NCBI RefSeq assembly: GCF_963921235.1
Contig: NC_086108.1
Coordinates: forward strand, 97,032,001 to 97,096,000
Source: Mobula hypostoma
Taxonomy: Eukaryota
DNA length: 64,000 nucleotides
Direction of reading: 5' to 3'
The notes below the pieces were generated by a model. The model ran no database searches, was not told the origin of the DNA, and worked only from the letters and a program-made list of their open reading frames with translations. Of the stretch, positions 62,901 to 64,000 are shown in pieces. Numbering within the stretch: position 1 is the first letter of the stretch; the number at the start of each line of letters is the position of its first letter. The translations under genes were made by a program, and so were the position numbers.

Positions 62901-62940
62901 TCGTCACCTCCTCAAAAATCTATCAAATTTGTAATACACA
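59910..62940 (-). mobile_element. Older CR1 (59910-60660 and 62409-62940) split by a younger CR1
   Basis: TRTRGHGLRVKG...FFTQRAVREWNELP at 59861-60106; RT motifs resume on the minus strand after 62409. Confidence 0.8.
60660..62408 (+). mobile_element. Young 5'-truncated CR1 (RT nearly intact)
   Basis: ORFs 60793-61023, 61140-61514 ([26 protein letters not shown]) and 61543-62313; few lesions; (CTATTRT)n tail. Confidence 0.97.
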
Positions 62941-63217
62941 ACCTCCCCTCAATGTTCCCTCTAATTTGTAATGACCAGTGTGTGCAAAAATGTTGTGCTG
63001 TGTAATTTTTTGCCCAGTGACAACATGTGTGCACTGAATGATTTCTTCAATAAAAACAGTATAAGTAAACCAGTTCTAAAATCTACAGACAAATCATCGC
63101 AAACTCCATGTTGTTAACACTAACAACAGGAATTCTGCAGATGCTGGAAATTCAAGCAACACACATCAAAGTTGCTGGTGAACGCAGCAGGCCAGGCAGC
63201 ATCTGTAGGAAGAGGTG

Positions 63218-63255
63218 CAGTTGACGTTTCAGGCCGAGACCCTTCGTCAGGACTA
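63218..63255 (-). ncRNA. Minimal type-I hammerhead ribozyme, core intact
   Basis: UAGUC-CUGACGA-A-GGGUCUCGGCCU-GAAA-CGUC-AACUG; one G-U in stem II and one mismatch in stem I. Confidence 0.7.
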
Positions 63256-63548
63256 ACTGAAGGAAGAGTGAGTAAGGGATTTGAAAGTAGGAGGGGGAGG
63301 GGGAGATCTGAAATGATAGGAGAAGACAGGAGGAGGCGGGATGGAGCCAAGAGCTGGACAGGTGATAGGCAAAAGGTGATACGAGAGGATCATGGGACAG
63401 GAGGTCCGGGAAGAAAGACGGGGGGGGGGGGACCCAGAGGATGGGCAAGAGGTATATTCAGAGGGACAGAGGGAGAAAAAGGAGAGTGAGAGAAAGAATG
63501 TGTGCATAAAAATGAGTAACAGCTGGGGTACGAGGGGGAGGTGGGGCC

Positions 63549-63998
63549 TTAGCGGAAGTTAGAGAAGTCGATGTTCATGCCATCAGGTTGGAGGCTACCC
63601 AGACGGAATATAAGGTGTTGTTCCTCCAACCTGAGTGTGGCTTCATCTTTACAGTAGAGGAGGCCCTGGATAGACATGTCAGAATGGGAATGGGATGTGG
63701 AATTAAAATGTGTGGCCACTGGGAGATCCTGCTTTCTCTGGCGGACAGAGCGTAGATGTTCAGCAAAGCGGTCTCCCAGTCTGCGTCGGGTCTCGCCAAT
63801 ATATAAAAGGCCACATCGGGAGCACCGGACGCAGTATATCACCCCAGTCGACTCACAGGTGAAGTGTTGCCTCACCTGGAAGGATTGTTTGGGGCCCTGA
63901 ATGGTGGTAAGGGAGGAAGTGTAAGGGCATGTGTAGCACTTGTTCCGCTTACACGGATAAGTGCCAGGAGGGAGATCAGTGGGGAGGGATGGGGGGGA
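63549..63998 (-). CDS. Penelope ORF C-terminus: Cys-rich linker plus GIY-YIG endonuclease (partial; open to window edge)
   Basis: Frame extends upstream of the listed ORF without stops: ...PGTYPCKRNKCYTCPY...FTCESTGVIYCVRCSRCGLLYIGETRRRLGDRFAEH...HF...EEQHLIFRL...GMN*. Confidence 0.92.
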   Translation of the reverse strand, partial: SPPSLPTDLPPGTYPCKRNKCYTCPYTSSLTTIQGPKQSFQVRQHFTCESTGVIYCVRCSRCGLLYIGETRRRLGDRFAEHLRSVRQRKQDLPVATHFNSTSHSHSDMSIQGLLYCKDEATLRLEEQHLIFRLGSLQPDGMNIDFSNFR

Positions 63999-64000
63999 CA

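Larger units (their letters stand above)
63122..64000 (-). mobile_element. Young Penelope-like element (Neptune type), 3' part; continues beyond the window
   Basis: GIY-YIG ORF end plus pLTR with hammerhead; terminus nearly identical to the one at 1119. Confidence 0.95.

Noticed and set aside
62947..63121. Possible DNA-transposon end (CAATGTTCCCTCTAA) hosting the Penelope insertion
   Set aside because: The other end would lie outside the window; cannot be supported here.
1..64000. Prokaryotic systems (CRISPR arrays, operons, retrons) or endogenous viral genes
   Set aside because: No regularly spaced repeats and no gene-dense ORFs; all RT and nuclease motifs belong to eukaryotic retrotransposons or DNA transposons.

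Overview
Eukaryotic, repeat-dense, apparently intronic or intergenic DNA. The repeat mix (many CR1 LINEs, V-SINEs, Rex1/Babar, Neptune-type Penelope, RTE, Tc1 and hAT-Charlie) points to a cartilaginous fish, probably a ray; this is inference from the repeat families. No host protein-coding exon could be supported. Nearly all ORFs in the track are decayed transposon fragments or noise. Main elements: (i) a near full-length decayed CR1 (34790-38990) with Zn-finger/esterase ORF1 and APE-RT ORF2; (ii) a young Penelope element running off the right edge, with an open Cys-linker plus GIY-YIG frame; (iii) a decayed hAT-Charlie transposase. Most notable: (a) Penelope terminal repeats with minimal type-I hammerhead ribozymes, repeatedly inserted as TSD-flanked inverted pairs; (b) a short non-autonomous RTE-derived family with a fixed 5' end and a structured 5' RNA, a candidate self-cleaving motif; (c) a compound Tc1-type unit (two TIR modules around captured cargo) present twice, with an identifiable empty site; (d) one tRNA+CORE-like SINE head joined to three different bodies; (e) a mosaic of locally duplicated non-TE modules at 52-54.5 kb. 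Boundaries of old repeats are approximate. Family calls come from motif recognition, not database searches.
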